From assembly GCA_051874315.1 (NCBI GenBank), contig JBJEFT010000113.1, positions 1-39,691 of the forward strand: a stretch of DNA of 39,691 nt. Reading direction: 5' to 3'. The translations under genes were made by a program, and so were the position numbers. Below, piece after piece: positions 6,771 through 16,642 of the stretch; position 1 is the first letter of the stretch; each line of letters starts with the position of its first letter. The stretch comes from Candidatus Ornithomonoglobus sp. (GTDB lineage: Bacteria > Bacillota > Clostridia > UBA1381). The notes beneath the pieces are model-generated. The model had not been told where the DNA came from. It ran no database searches and saw nothing but the letters and a program-made list of their open reading frames with translations.

Positions 6771-9700
6771 TTGAACACCTATTGCGCTCATCTCGGTTAT
6801 TTCGCAAGGCTCGTTATCAAGCAGTTCAAGCTTGATTGAGTCAACATATTTCGGCACGGAGAATATAAATGTCTGAGCATCATCGCTGCCGTCGCTTGTC
6901 GCTTCAATTACATTCTGCCAGCCGTCACGGTTTGAAGGATCCTTTTGATCCTCCTCAGGAATATCATAGCGTGTATAAATCCTGAACGGATGCTCTTTGC
7001 CGTCCGCGAACTTGATTATAACCGCGCTTATCGGATTTTTATCCGTCCGCATCATTATTATGCCCCTGCCGTCCGACTTCCATGAGGTGTCATAGTTAAG
7101 GTCGCACGCGGCCCGCCCGTCGCCTGTGTCGGTATATACCTGTGTCACGCCAGCCTGCGTGCCGGTCATTTTCTCGCCGTTTACATATGCCTTGTCGCCC
7201 TTCGGCTGCAATGCCCTTGATGTTTTAATTGTTTCCAATATCGCATCAGCGTCTGTCGTTGCCTCAACATCGCTTATTACAATAACTCCGTTATCGTTCC
7301 ATTCAACCTTTTTATTGAGAGCTTCAGCCGCCATTCTGAGCGGTATAAAGGTTCTGTCACTCTTTATCTCAGGAGCCGCATCCATCGTTTTTGCCGCTCC
7401 GTTTACGGTGTAATCCTCGCTTCCTATTGTCATTATAATATCGGCATCAGGACTCTGAATTTTCACTGCTCTCGTTTGCTCGTCCCATGTAACATACGCG
7501 CCGAACGCCTCGGATATAAAGCGTATCGGAACCATCGTCCTATCATTGTCAATATACGGCGCAAGTGTGTTATCGCCGTCAATATAGTACGGCGCGCCGT
7601 CTATGAGCGCCTTGGGATAACCTATCGCAAGCTCCACTACTGCTCCTGTATAAAGGTCTGATATATTCCATTCTTTTTTTGCAAGGTCGGGGTTTCTTAT
7701 CTCGTTTCCATCCTCATCAACAACATAAATCTGCGGCACAGGTATCGACTTTGTATCGTAACCCAAGCAGTAATCAACATGAGTCGGCTGATTATAGCCT
7801 ACATTCTGAACAGCTGCAGAGTTTCTGTACTGGTTGTCTGACATAAGCGTGGGTATTCTGTACCCTGTCGGAATTGTGGTAGTGTAAATTCTAAGCTCCG
7901 AGTTATCGAGAGTCGGGTATACTACCTCCTCTCGCCAGTCGCCTATAATATCGGCGGCAAGCGACGGATTTGACTTTGCCGCATTGTTTGAATGGCACTC
8001 TGTCGCTGAGAATATATCCTCAACCTTATAAGTATACGGATTGTATTTTGAAATATTTATACCGTCAAGAACCTCGCGTCCCGTATCGCCGTCCCACCAC
8101 GCCAGGAAATTCGCAGGTATGCTGTAATTATCTGTTATAAGCTCGCCGTCAGCTGCAATAAGCAGACCGATTGACGACCAGCTTTCCGCGCCCGCATGAG
8201 TCGGGTCTATATCATCGCAGCCGCCGCGTCCTACATCAAGAGCGGTTTTGGGCGATGACCATAAAATCTCGCCTGTGCGCGCGTCCTTCATCTCGTGACC
8301 GTACGTTCCGCCCTCGTGAACTGTGAAAATCTCAAGTCCCGGACGGTCGGGAACCAAGTCGCCCATATGCTGCGCGTCACCGTGGTATAATTCATTATCG
8401 GTATACAGCGGTGTTCCGTTATCATCAAATGTCTCCGAACCGAATATTATCTCATCCTTACCGTCATAGTCTACATCCGCAACGCATAAGGAGTGGTTGC
8501 CCTTACCGATATATTTTTTTGCCTCATCAGCGTCCAAGAAATCGGTATCAAAAATCCAGTCGTTTACTATTTTATTGTCCCTCACGCTGTATGCCGCAAG
8601 AACTGTTTTCGCATAATAGCCTCTCGCGAACATCATTGACGGTGTTTTTCCGTCCTCATAGAACACGCACGCATTATACCGCTCGGAGCGGTTGCCCCAG
8701 TTATCGCCCCATGAATTTATGTCCCATTTCACACCGTTGCGCTCGCCAACGGACTGCGGATAATAATCAGTCGTGTCAATAACCGCGCCGGTTTCGCCGT
8801 CAAACAGAGTTAAGTAGAGAGGGCCGCTTAAATTCTTGCCGTTAATATCGCGCCAGTCCTTTGTTCCGTCGCCTATTACCGTGCCATCTCCGGCAACCGT
8901 CCCGTCAGCAGTGCGCATAGCAACCTCGCCCTTGCCGTCATTATTGAAGTCCGCACATAAGAACTGAGTGTCGTGTGCGCCGCTCCGAACATTTATTCCC
9001 AGATCAATTCTCCACAGCTTTGTTCCGTCAAGCTTGTACGCGTCAAAGATTGTGCTGCCGGTCGCACCTAAATGAGAACTGTCGCGTGAGTTTGTCGGAT
9101 CCCATTTCAATATTATTTCAAACTCTCCGTCTCCGTCAAGATCGGCTGCAGAGCAGTCGTTGGCGTTATAGCTGTAGGTTTGCTCTTGTCCGTCGGGAAG
9201 AATTACCGTTCCGCCCTTTGGCACATCAAGCTTGATACCGATATAGTCGTTGTTAAGCAGCGCGGCTTCATCGCAGCGAATGCCTTCCTCTCCGTTTATA
9301 ACAGGGGCAACACTGTACTTATCCCCCGCACTCGCATCACAGTCTATGTAATTTGTCGTATTAAGCGGCTCAGCATTCAGCTTTTCACCGTTTTTATAGA
9401 GATTATACATAGTGTCCGCGCTCTCTGTTCCGAGCCAGCGCCACGAAATAAAGCCGTATGCTTCTGTTGAAGCAGCTACAAGTCCCCTGTCGAGATTTTC
9501 CATGCGTCTTTGGACATCAGGGCGGCTGTCTATAAGCCTTTGTGTTTCGCTTCCGTCAGAAATGTCTTTATAAACAGTAAGCTGCTCCGGCTCCGGAGGA
9601 ACATCACCTATTTCAGCATACTCCGCGTCAGCCGTATCTTTCAAAAGTTCCTCACCCAAGGCTGTTATGACAATGTTATCAACATACGCGAACGCGCCGG

Positions 9701-10346
9701 GATCTGTCTGGTACGGAGTGTATCCAATACGTGTTATCGGTTCTTTTACATCCGAGTACGCGTAGCCGCCGCCCTCGGTCTCAATATATACCGCACCGTC
9801 CTTGTAGACGGTCATGGTATTATTTTTCCATTCAAGCTTAAAATTATGCCATTCCTTCTTTATGGAAGCATACTCACCGTCCTTTGTAAATTTTTTCTCA
9901 TCATTTACAAGTCCCTCCGTAACTGACGACGCGCCGCTGTCCGGGAAGAAGTATATACCTGTTATGCCGTTTCCGAACCTATCCGTTGTACCGGTATAGA
10001 AAGCATAGCGGAAGCCCTGCGACATTCCGTACCAGTCAAAAGCCACAGTCCATTCGTCCTTCATTGTGTACTTTCCGTTTTCATAATCATAAAGGTACGA
10101 TGACGGAATGTCTATATACGGATTTCTTCCTTTAACTATGTCGTTACCTCTGTTTGTATCAAACCCGTTGAGATAAAAGATATTTCCCTTGTCCGCGCCC
10201 GTAGGATCGGAAATAACCTCAATGCCGCCGGAGCCGCCGTAAATGCTCATAGGCGAGGAGTCCTCGGCAGATGCCGGCAGTGCGGCTGCCATGCCCGAAA
10301 GCATGGAAGCCGCTGCCGTTAGACTTATTAACTTTTTGAACTTCAT
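6768..10346 (-). CDS. Secreted polysaccharide lyase family 11 (rhamnogalacturonan lyase, YesW/YesX-like) with an N-terminal LamG-like domain and C-terminal copper-amine-oxidase-N-like and discoidin/F5-8-type-C-like domains
   Basis: 1,192 aa with ATG at 10346, an AAGGAGGAA RBS and a TAA stop. Signal peptide: MKFKKLISLTAAASMLSGMAAALPASA. PL11 hallmarks: RRMENLDRGLVAA...FISWRWLGTE, DLDGDGEFEIILKWDPTNSRDSS, and repeated DxDxDG propeller calcium sites. Stalk-like domain: DRTMVPIRFISEAFGAYVTWDE...DRTFIPLRMAAEALNKKVEWND. Confidence 0.85.
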   Translation of the reverse strand: MKFKKLISLTAAASMLSGMAAALPASAEDSSPMSIYGGSGGIEVISDPTGADKGNIFYLNGFDTNRGNDIVKGRNPYIDIPSSYLYDYENGKYTMKDEWTVAFDWYGMSQGFRYAFYTGTTDRFGNGITGIYFFPDSGASSVTEGLVNDEKKFTKDGEYASIKKEWHNFKLEWKNNTMTVYKDGAVYIETEGGGYAYSDVKEPITRIGYTPYQTDPGAFAYVDNIVITALGEELLKDTADAEYAEIGDVPPEPEQLTVYKDISDGSETQRLIDSRPDVQRRMENLDRGLVAASTEAYGFISWRWLGTESADTMYNLYKNGEKLNAEPLNTTNYIDCDASAGDKYSVAPVINGEEGIRCDEAALLNNDYIGIKLDVPKGGTVILPDGQEQTYSYNANDCSAADLDGDGEFEIILKWDPTNSRDSSHLGATGSTIFDAYKLDGTKLWRIDLGINVRSGAHDTQFLCADFNNDGKGEVAMRTADGTVAGDGTVIGDGTKDWRDINGKNLSGPLYLTLFDGETGAVIDTTDYYPQSVGERNGVKWDINSWGDNWGNRSERYNACVFYEDGKTPSMMFARGYYAKTVLAAYSVRDNKIVNDWIFDTDFLDADEAKKYIGKGNHSLCVADVDYDGKDEIIFGSETFDDNGTPLYTDNELYHGDAQHMGDLVPDRPGLEIFTVHEGGTYGHEMKDARTGEILWSSPKTALDVGRGGCDDIDPTHAGAESWSSIGLLIAADGELITDNYSIPANFLAWWDGDTGREVLDGINISKYNPYTYKVEDIFSATECHSNNAAKSNPSLAADIIGDWREEVVYPTLDNSELRIYTTTIPTGYRIPTLMSDNQYRNSAAVQNVGYNQPTHVDYCLGYDTKSIPVPQIYVVDEDGNEIRNPDLAKKEWNISDLYTGAVVELAIGYPKALIDGAPYYIDGDNTLAPYIDNDRTMVPIRFISEAFGAYVTWDEQTRAVKIQSPDADIIMTIGSEDYTVNGAAKTMDAAPEIKSDRTFIPLRMAAEALNKKVEWNDNGVIVISDVEATTDADAILETIKTSRALQPKGDKAYVNGEKMTGTQAGVTQVYTDTGDGRAACDLNYDTSWKSDGRGIIMMRTDKNPISAVIIKFADGKEHPFRIYTRYDIPEEDQKDPSNRDGWQNVIEATSDGSDDAQTFIFSVPKYVDSIKLELLDNEPCEITEMSAIGVQ

Positions 10347-10371
10347 AATTCATTCCTCCTTATGAAAATTC

Positions 10372-13300
10372 TTAATTTATGACTTTTTCAATAACAGCTT
10401 GCGCCGGGTTCATTTTATCCTTTTCCCATACCATGAATTTAACTATATAGTTTTTATCCGGATTAATTGTCACCGTTTCACTCATTGCATTTTTACTAAC
10501 CTGCATCAGAGCACCGTCCTCGTCATAAACAACTGTGTACACGTCATACAGCTCGCTGTCGAATGAATCTCCGCCTGTAAGCTCGTATATGATCGAATCC
10601 TCGTTTACTTCAAACCTCGTTACAGAAATGAGTCTGTCCTCGATTTCACCGCTTGTGTGTATACGCAATACGGCAAATGTATTTGACGGAACGGTGTAAT
10701 CGCCGCCGTTTACAAAGCTTATATCAGATTTAACGGGACTGATATTATCCGGATCTGAAATGCTGTTCACATCCGCCTTACTCTCGCCCGTGAGTATCTC
10801 TTGAGCTGCCGTTCCGCTCAGCTTAAATGCGTCAGATACGGAAATACTCGTTCTTAAATCATTCTCGTACGGATTTACAAGCTTTACAATAATATCTCCG
10901 CTTTCCTTGTCATATGATACAGTCTGATAGATTTTGTCCATACCTGTAACAGCTGATGTTCGGAGAGTGAAGTCACCGTTGTTATTCGAATACATACTCT
11001 GTACATAATAATTCGGAGTAGCATAGCTTACCATATCGTCAAACCATATTAAATCGGGTGCCCATTGATTATATCCGATTCTTGACAGCAGCGGAGCGTA
11101 GCTCGCCATGTATACGACATCCGCGTTTCTTTCAAGACCCGTCATATAAGCAGCTTCAGCTATCGCACTTTCAAGATTGTTCTTCTTTACCGCATCGTTT
11201 GAAAGTGATGAATGCGCGGCATATTCTCCGGCAAACACCTTTGTGCCTCTGTCATAATTATCATAGCGCGTGTCATTTTCAAGGAACCACTGCGGGCTCA
11301 TATAATAATGCTCGTCAACCGCATATGTAAAGCTGCTGTTCTCAGCCTGCTTTTCTCTTATCCAATTCCATGCCGTGTCGAACCCTGTGCCGCTCGCGCT
11401 CGGTCCTGATGTAGAAATCAATCTGATATCGGGATATACCTTATGGATTTCCTTCTCAAACGCTTCATAGCGTTCGAACCATTTGTTATCTCCGATTACC
11501 CACTGCTCGTTTCCTATGCCTATCATCGTAAGATTAAACGGCTCGCTGTGTCCCATTTCGGCTCTTAGACTGCCCCATTTTGTGGTCGTGTCACCGTTTG
11601 CAAATTCAACGAGATCGAGAGCATCCTGAATGTACTCGTAAAACTCCTCAGTATATGAGCCGTCCTCATTATACATCTCTACCGCGGAGCCGTATCTTCC
11701 GCCCTGATACTCGCACGGAATACCTACGCTCAGTACAGGCAGCGGGTCGCAGCCGAGATATTCGCATAACTCAAAATATTCATAGAAGCCCAGTCCCAAA
11801 GTCTGATTGTAGTTCGGATAAGCCGTATCAGCGGCCCATCTGTTCCAGTTCTGTACTCTTTCCTCCACCGGTCCTACTGAACTCTTCCACTGATAGCGGT
11901 CTGTAAGATCATATCCCTCTACAACGCAGCCGCCGGGAAATCTTAAAAATCCCGGATTTATCGCTTTGAGCTTTTCCGCAAGGTCACGTCTGAACACACC
12001 GCTCAGCGCATCCGACGGCATTACGGATATCATATCAAAGTCAACCTTGCCCTCGTTGCTTAGCTCAACGATAAAGTCACTGTATCGAACCGAATTCTGC
12101 GCGGTCAGTTCCTTCTCATATTTAGTCCACTTATCCGTTACGCTGTCTGCTATAATGCCCTCAAAGCCGGTTACTCCGTTCTTTTCGGTTTTTACGCTTA
12201 CCGCTCCGTTGTATCCGGAAGCCTTTGCGTAAAATGACACCTTGTATTTTTTATCCTTTTCAATGTACATTCCCCTATACGCCTGATTTTTAAAGGAGCT
12301 TCCTGTAAATTCAAGATATGTAGGGTTCTTTTCATTTAACGGACTGTCCTTCTTATAGTCCATAGTTCCGTTTACCGCGCTCCATGCGTAGCCCGGATTT
12401 TCCGCTACCTCTTTGCCTTTCGATACCGTTGTTGATATCTGCTCAAAGGAACGGTTTTCAATCATTTCCGCGTACAGTCCTCCGTCAGCGGCATAATTGA
12501 TATCCTCAAAGAACAGGCCATACATATTATCCTGTATATCAACACCCTTATTCTCCGAAATATTCAATTTGAGGTCATAATAGTTTGTGCCTCTTACAAC
12601 CGCGTCAAATCTGCGGGTTAATACAGTATTGCCGAAGGTAATGGTTGCGGTAAGAGTTACGTCCTTCTTTCCGTCTGACGGCCGCGTTACCTTACCCGTC
12701 TCAGAAATCACATCCGGATCCGAGCTTTCCCAGGTAATTGTATATCCGTCAGCATCTTCAATTGCTGTGGGCAGCGCCAGATCTTCCTTAACATCGCTCA
12801 AATCTCCGAGCTGTATACTCGGTCCGAAATCGTAAACCGCTATATCGTCGAACATACCCTTTGCGTATTCTCCGCTTCCCCAGTTCGCTTTTCCGAAATA
12901 GGTTACTATGTTATCGCCGTTTCCGAGGATTGTAGAAAGTGTATGGTCCTCGCCTGAGGCTGCATAGTCCGCGCTTCCGGCATATGTGCCGTCAATATAA
13001 AGCTCCGCTGTGTAATTGTCAATTATATATGTGATTTCATGCCAGCGGTCAAATGAAGTGTTTGCGGTTATTGTAGGTGTGCCGGAATTGTTTCTGTACC
13101 GCTCCGCAACCGTTTTACCATCCGAGCCGCATAAAATTCCGGTATAGCTGCGGCTTCTGTTACTCTGCGCTGCGTCGTTCCATGCCGTATAGAAATACCA
13201 GCCGTTCGTTGCACCCTTTTCCAATTTGGCACGCATGGTAATTACGGCTTTATCCATTCCCCTAAGCAGCGGCGTGCCGTCGGTGTTGGCCGCTGAAATA

Positions 13301-16300
13301 TATGCCGTGCTGCCGTCAAGCACAGCCGCCTGACTGCCGTCGTCTCCGGCAGCATACTCGATATTGCCGCAGCCTGTCGCTTTACCCTTAAGCGCGTTTG
13401 TCGATTTATCATTGAAGTCTACAGCAAATATTAAATGCTCATTTTCAGCATCAATATCCGGTCTTTTCTCAGGCTTGCTGTATATACTCAGCTGTCCGTA
13501 ATACTGTTTATTATTACTTTCAATCGCGCCTACGCCGTTTCTGTGTCCCGAATAGTATTCCGTGCTTACAGGAACTCCGCCTATATAGGTTTCAACGGTA
13601 TAGTAGTCGCCCGTATACGAGTCAACCGTTCCTGTTTCGTTCTTTATAATAATTGTGCATATCTCGTGCTGCGTATATGTTCTGTGTCCGGTATTATCCT
13701 TGTCCGAGCCGTCAGATACTTCTGTTTTCAAATAATTCGGCAGTCTGCTCACACCGTATGCATCCCTTACAGTACCGCCGAAGCTTCTTTCTCCGTGTCC
13801 TACCCAGAATCCGTCGCTGCCCGGCGCATAGCAGTATCCGATTATGGCATTTCCGGCAATGTCGCGTATGATGTTATCGCCGCCGGAATTTGACGCCATA
13901 TCAAACTGAATCGCCGTCCACTCTCTTCCCGCGCCGTAGCCGCCGCCCATTGTCATGCCGCCGTTTATTCCCAGATAGTGATAAGTATCATTATCAAGGC
14001 TCTTATCGCTCGGCAGCGTCCAGCCGTCGGGATAATTCGGATATGACTGAGCTATATCGAACACCTTATTATTTGCATTTATATACTCTGATAAATCAAC
14101 CGCCTGACTTATCGGGTATGCCTCTGTCAGCGCGTTGTATTCGTCCTGAGTAATAGGAATTATTCCGCCGTGCTTGGCATATGAGCGCATTTTGAAGCCG
14201 CTTGTTACTCTTGTAAAATCGAACTGTTCCTGACCGTTCAAATCATCAATGGTGTTCGGAAAAAATCCCACACCCGCATTTGGAGCTCTGTAGCCGTCAA
14301 GCATCAGACAGTATTTAGCTCCCAACTTCTCTGCGTCATCCTTATTGAATTTAAACCACCCCGGTCCCTCTGTGCCGAGGAAAGTATTATTGCCGAGGTT
14401 TGTATTCGCTCTTGTAAACGCTCCGAGAGGATGATCCGCAACATCCATAAACACGCGGGTCGGAGAAACATCCTCATATTTTGTAACGCGGTAAAATTTA
14501 CCGTCGCTTCCCTCAATCATGGACGTATCAATAAAGCTGTCGCTTGTTCCGACTTCCGTACCATCGGTTTCGGCAGGGATTACAAATCTCTTTTGCGGGG
14601 TGAACGAATAAAAATCACGGGTTTTTGAATAATATACCACCTTTTTGCCGTAGCTCTCGCTGCTCTCATTGATATCATGTCCCGACCAGTACACGATATA
14701 TTCACCCGTCAGTTCATCGTAAATTGTCTCCGGCGCCCACGCGCAGCCGGTATTATCATCCGCGATCTGCACCATCCTTTGTTTTGACCAGTGCACAAGA
14801 TCGTCCGACTCCCATATCATCAGACTCTTGCTGCCATTTGTCGAAAAATCACCCCATCTTCCTGAGGTCGCGTCAAGGTCGGTCGCAAGCAAATAGAATT
14901 TATCTCCTTCGGGCGAACGCACCAAATAGTGATCGCGCAGACCGTATGTTCCCATTGACGAGGTTAAAACTGCTTTGTTGTAGTTAATGTCAAACCAGTT
15001 CAAGCCATCGTCAGATACCGCGAAAAATGTCTGCTGATAATTTCTCGACACCGCCGGCTCAATGAACGAAGCGTAAAGATACGCTTTAAAGTCGCCGTCC
15101 TCTTCCATTTCCTTATAGGTCTTTTCCGACTTCGCTTTTACGGTAACGGGATATTCTTTTGAATATGTCACACCGTCCGCCTCTATGGAAGCCGTGAGTA
15201 TGATTTTTGTATCCTCGTTCGGTCTGTTTACAACGCCAGCCGGAATTGATGTGTAGTTTTCGCCGTACTCAGCCTTTTCCTCTGCCGTAAATTCCTTTTG
15301 CTCCGTACTGATTACAGATTCATCGCTCGATTGCCATACAATCACATTTCCGTCAAGCTCCTCCGGCAGTGTAATATTGCCCGAAATCTTATAGCCGTAA
15401 TCTGTGTACGGCAGCTTTAACCCGTCAAGCGGATTATCGGAGAATTTGTTCGACAAGTCAATATATCCGTATTCGTCAAAAAGCTTTTGCAGCTCACTTT
15501 CTGAAATCGGAATTACGTAGCCGTGGCGAGGTGTGAAATCATAATCGATTAAAACTTCCTCTGCACCTCTTCCGCCGATCTGCTTATAATTTACAAAATC
15601 CGTTGTTTCAAACACGAGATAACCTGTGCCGAATGCGTCGCCGTCGGCGCAGTAAATCCACTTGTCCTCGTTATTAAGCTTGAAAATATTTGAACCCTCA
15701 GACCTGTACGAAGTAAACGGGGACGCGCCTTGATAAATACCCTCGCCGTCCTCCGAAAGCTCGGTATATGTGCCGTCAATAGTTTCGCATGCCGCGACGC
15801 GAACTCCGTCAAAATACATAAGATAACGGTCATTTATTTCATCATAAATAATATCTCCGTCAATCGCACCTGCCGCACGGTAATCTCCGTTTTCTTCACC
15901 TGTAAGCATAAATTCCGGCTCTGTATATGTATCGGCGTCCATCAAATCAGTGGCAAAATGCTTATACATAATCGTTCCGAGCTCGCCTGCCGTGGAAGCA
16001 TTCATAATCGCCAGATAAATCATATATGCGCCCTTAGTACCGTCGCCGTTATCATGCTCCGGACACCAGATAATCTGCGGAGCCCATGCGCGATTGCAAT
16101 CGGCAAATCCATCAAAATTCTTGTAGTCAATCAGAATTTCATCGTCAATATTTATTAAATCCTTTGTTTTATAAATTGCGATAGTGGATTGACTCGCCCA
16201 GCCCTTAGCGGAGTTCATATCTGTTACAACTATATAAAAATAGCCGTCCGGTCCCTCATATATAAACGGGTCTCTGAGATGCTTTGTTCCCAAGGTTGAG

Positions 16301-16515
16301 GTAAAAGTCGGCTCTCCGCCGTTGAGCGCTCTGAAATTATATCCGTCACGGCTTACACCGTAGCACAGCGCCTCTTCACGATTGTCGCGAAAATACGCAA
16401 AGAGATACGCTGTGTCCTCTTCATCCGCCGCATTATCCGGCTGCGCAAGAACCGGAACCGCCGGTGCCATTACTGCCGAGCTAAGGACGGCGCATAACAA
16501 TCTTTTCAGCTTCAT
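10372..16515 (-). CDS. Secreted 2,047-aa triple-catalytic enzyme. Order: GH43, Ig-like, GH43, beta-sandwich, LamG, Ig-like, GH51 alpha-L-arabinofuranosidase, shared C-terminal module
   Basis: The start is placed at ATG 16515, with AGGAGAG 8 nt upstream; the ORF-track GTG at 16524 lies within the Shine-Dalgarno region (its first base is the terminal G of AGGAGAG). Signal peptide: MKLKRLLCAVLSSAVMAPAVPVLA. First GH43: LRDPFIYEG, RAWAPQIIW, YRSEGSNIFK. Second GH43: LRDHYLVR, GCAWAPETIYDE, GTEGPGWF. GH51: GLFFEDINYAADGGLYAEMIENRSFE, FLRFPGGC, IGIGNEQW, FAGEYAAH. Confidence 0.9.
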   Translation of the reverse strand: MKLKRLLCAVLSSAVMAPAVPVLAQPDNAADEEDTAYLFAYFRDNREEALCYGVSRDGYNFRALNGGEPTFTSTLGTKHLRDPFIYEGPDGYFYIVVTDMNSAKGWASQSTIAIYKTKDLINIDDEILIDYKNFDGFADCNRAWAPQIIWCPEHDNGDGTKGAYMIYLAIMNASTAGELGTIMYKHFATDLMDADTYTEPEFMLTGEENGDYRAAGAIDGDIIYDEINDRYLMYFDGVRVAACETIDGTYTELSEDGEGIYQGASPFTSYRSEGSNIFKLNNEDKWIYCADGDAFGTGYLVFETTDFVNYKQIGGRGAEEVLIDYDFTPRHGYVIPISESELQKLFDEYGYIDLSNKFSDNPLDGLKLPYTDYGYKISGNITLPEELDGNVIVWQSSDESVISTEQKEFTAEEKAEYGENYTSIPAGVVNRPNEDTKIILTASIEADGVTYSKEYPVTVKAKSEKTYKEMEEDGDFKAYLYASFIEPAVSRNYQQTFFAVSDDGLNWFDINYNKAVLTSSMGTYGLRDHYLVRSPEGDKFYLLATDLDATSGRWGDFSTNGSKSLMIWESDDLVHWSKQRMVQIADDNTGCAWAPETIYDELTGEYIVYWSGHDINESSESYGKKVVYYSKTRDFYSFTPQKRFVIPAETDGTEVGTSDSFIDTSMIEGSDGKFYRVTKYEDVSPTRVFMDVADHPLGAFTRANTNLGNNTFLGTEGPGWFKFNKDDAEKLGAKYCLMLDGYRAPNAGVGFFPNTIDDLNGQEQFDFTRVTSGFKMRSYAKHGGIIPITQDEYNALTEAYPISQAVDLSEYINANNKVFDIAQSYPNYPDGWTLPSDKSLDNDTYHYLGINGGMTMGGGYGAGREWTAIQFDMASNSGGDNIIRDIAGNAIIGYCYAPGSDGFWVGHGERSFGGTVRDAYGVSRLPNYLKTEVSDGSDKDNTGHRTYTQHEICTIIIKNETGTVDSYTGDYYTVETYIGGVPVSTEYYSGHRNGVGAIESNNKQYYGQLSIYSKPEKRPDIDAENEHLIFAVDFNDKSTNALKGKATGCGNIEYAAGDDGSQAAVLDGSTAYISAANTDGTPLLRGMDKAVITMRAKLEKGATNGWYFYTAWNDAAQSNRSRSYTGILCGSDGKTVAERYRNNSGTPTITANTSFDRWHEITYIIDNYTAELYIDGTYAGSADYAASGEDHTLSTILGNGDNIVTYFGKANWGSGEYAKGMFDDIAVYDFGPSIQLGDLSDVKEDLALPTAIEDADGYTITWESSDPDVISETGKVTRPSDGKKDVTLTATITFGNTVLTRRFDAVVRGTNYYDLKLNISENKGVDIQDNMYGLFFEDINYAADGGLYAEMIENRSFEQISTTVSKGKEVAENPGYAWSAVNGTMDYKKDSPLNEKNPTYLEFTGSSFKNQAYRGMYIEKDKKYKVSFYAKASGYNGAVSVKTEKNGVTGFEGIIADSVTDKWTKYEKELTAQNSVRYSDFIVELSNEGKVDFDMISVMPSDALSGVFRRDLAEKLKAINPGFLRFPGGCVVEGYDLTDRYQWKSSVGPVEERVQNWNRWAADTAYPNYNQTLGLGFYEYFELCEYLGCDPLPVLSVGIPCEYQGGRYGSAVEMYNEDGSYTEEFYEYIQDALDLVEFANGDTTTKWGSLRAEMGHSEPFNLTMIGIGNEQWVIGDNKWFERYEAFEKEIHKVYPDIRLISTSGPSASGTGFDTAWNWIREKQAENSSFTYAVDEHYYMSPQWFLENDTRYDNYDRGTKVFAGEYAAHSSLSNDAVKKNNLESAIAEAAYMTGLERNADVVYMASYAPLLSRIGYNQWAPDLIWFDDMVSYATPNYYVQSMYSNNNGDFTLRTSAVTGMDKIYQTVSYDKESGDIIVKLVNPYENDLRTSISVSDAFKLSGTAAQEILTGESKADVNSISDPDNISPVKSDISFVNGGDYTVPSNTFAVLRIHTSGEIEDRLISVTRFEVNEDSIIYELTGGDSFDSELYDVYTVVYDEDGALMQVSKNAMSETVTINPDKNYIVKFMVWEKDKMNPAQAVIEKVIN
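10375..10632 (-). other. Shared ~80-aa C-terminal module, copy M2
   Basis: ...SIIYELTGGDSFDSELYDVYTVVYDEDGALMQVSKNAMSETVTINPDKNYIVKFMVWEKDKMNPAQAVIEKVIN, followed by the stop. Confidence 0.8.
12590..15430 (-). repeat. Copy B of the ~2.85-kb duplicated coding cassette
   Basis: Collinear paralogue of 3556..6420; see that feature. Confidence 0.85.
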
Positions 16516-16583
16516 AGAATACACTCTCCTATCTTATTTTAAATACTAAATGTTCCTCTTATCATTTTCTTATATATTCCTAT

Positions 16584-16626
16584 AGAAAATGCGGCTGCCG
16601 TGTTTTAATATAATTATGGCAGCCGC
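16584..16626 (-). terminator. Intrinsic terminator after the GH30 gene
   Basis: 9-bp stem GCGGCTGCC / GGCAGCCGC with an AT-rich loop. It is followed on the minus strand by AUUUUCU. Confidence 0.7.
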
Positions 16627-16642
16627 TTATTTCTGTCCTTGA

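Noticed and set aside
8400-9200. Repeated DxDxDG / DxNxDG motifs in the PL11 protein (DLDGDGEFE, DFNNDGKGE, DVDYDGKDE) as possible dockerin repeats.
   Set aside because: They are spread through the catalytic beta-propeller, at the spacing expected for PL11/FG-GAP-like calcium sites. They are not a paired 22-residue duplicated segment at a terminus.
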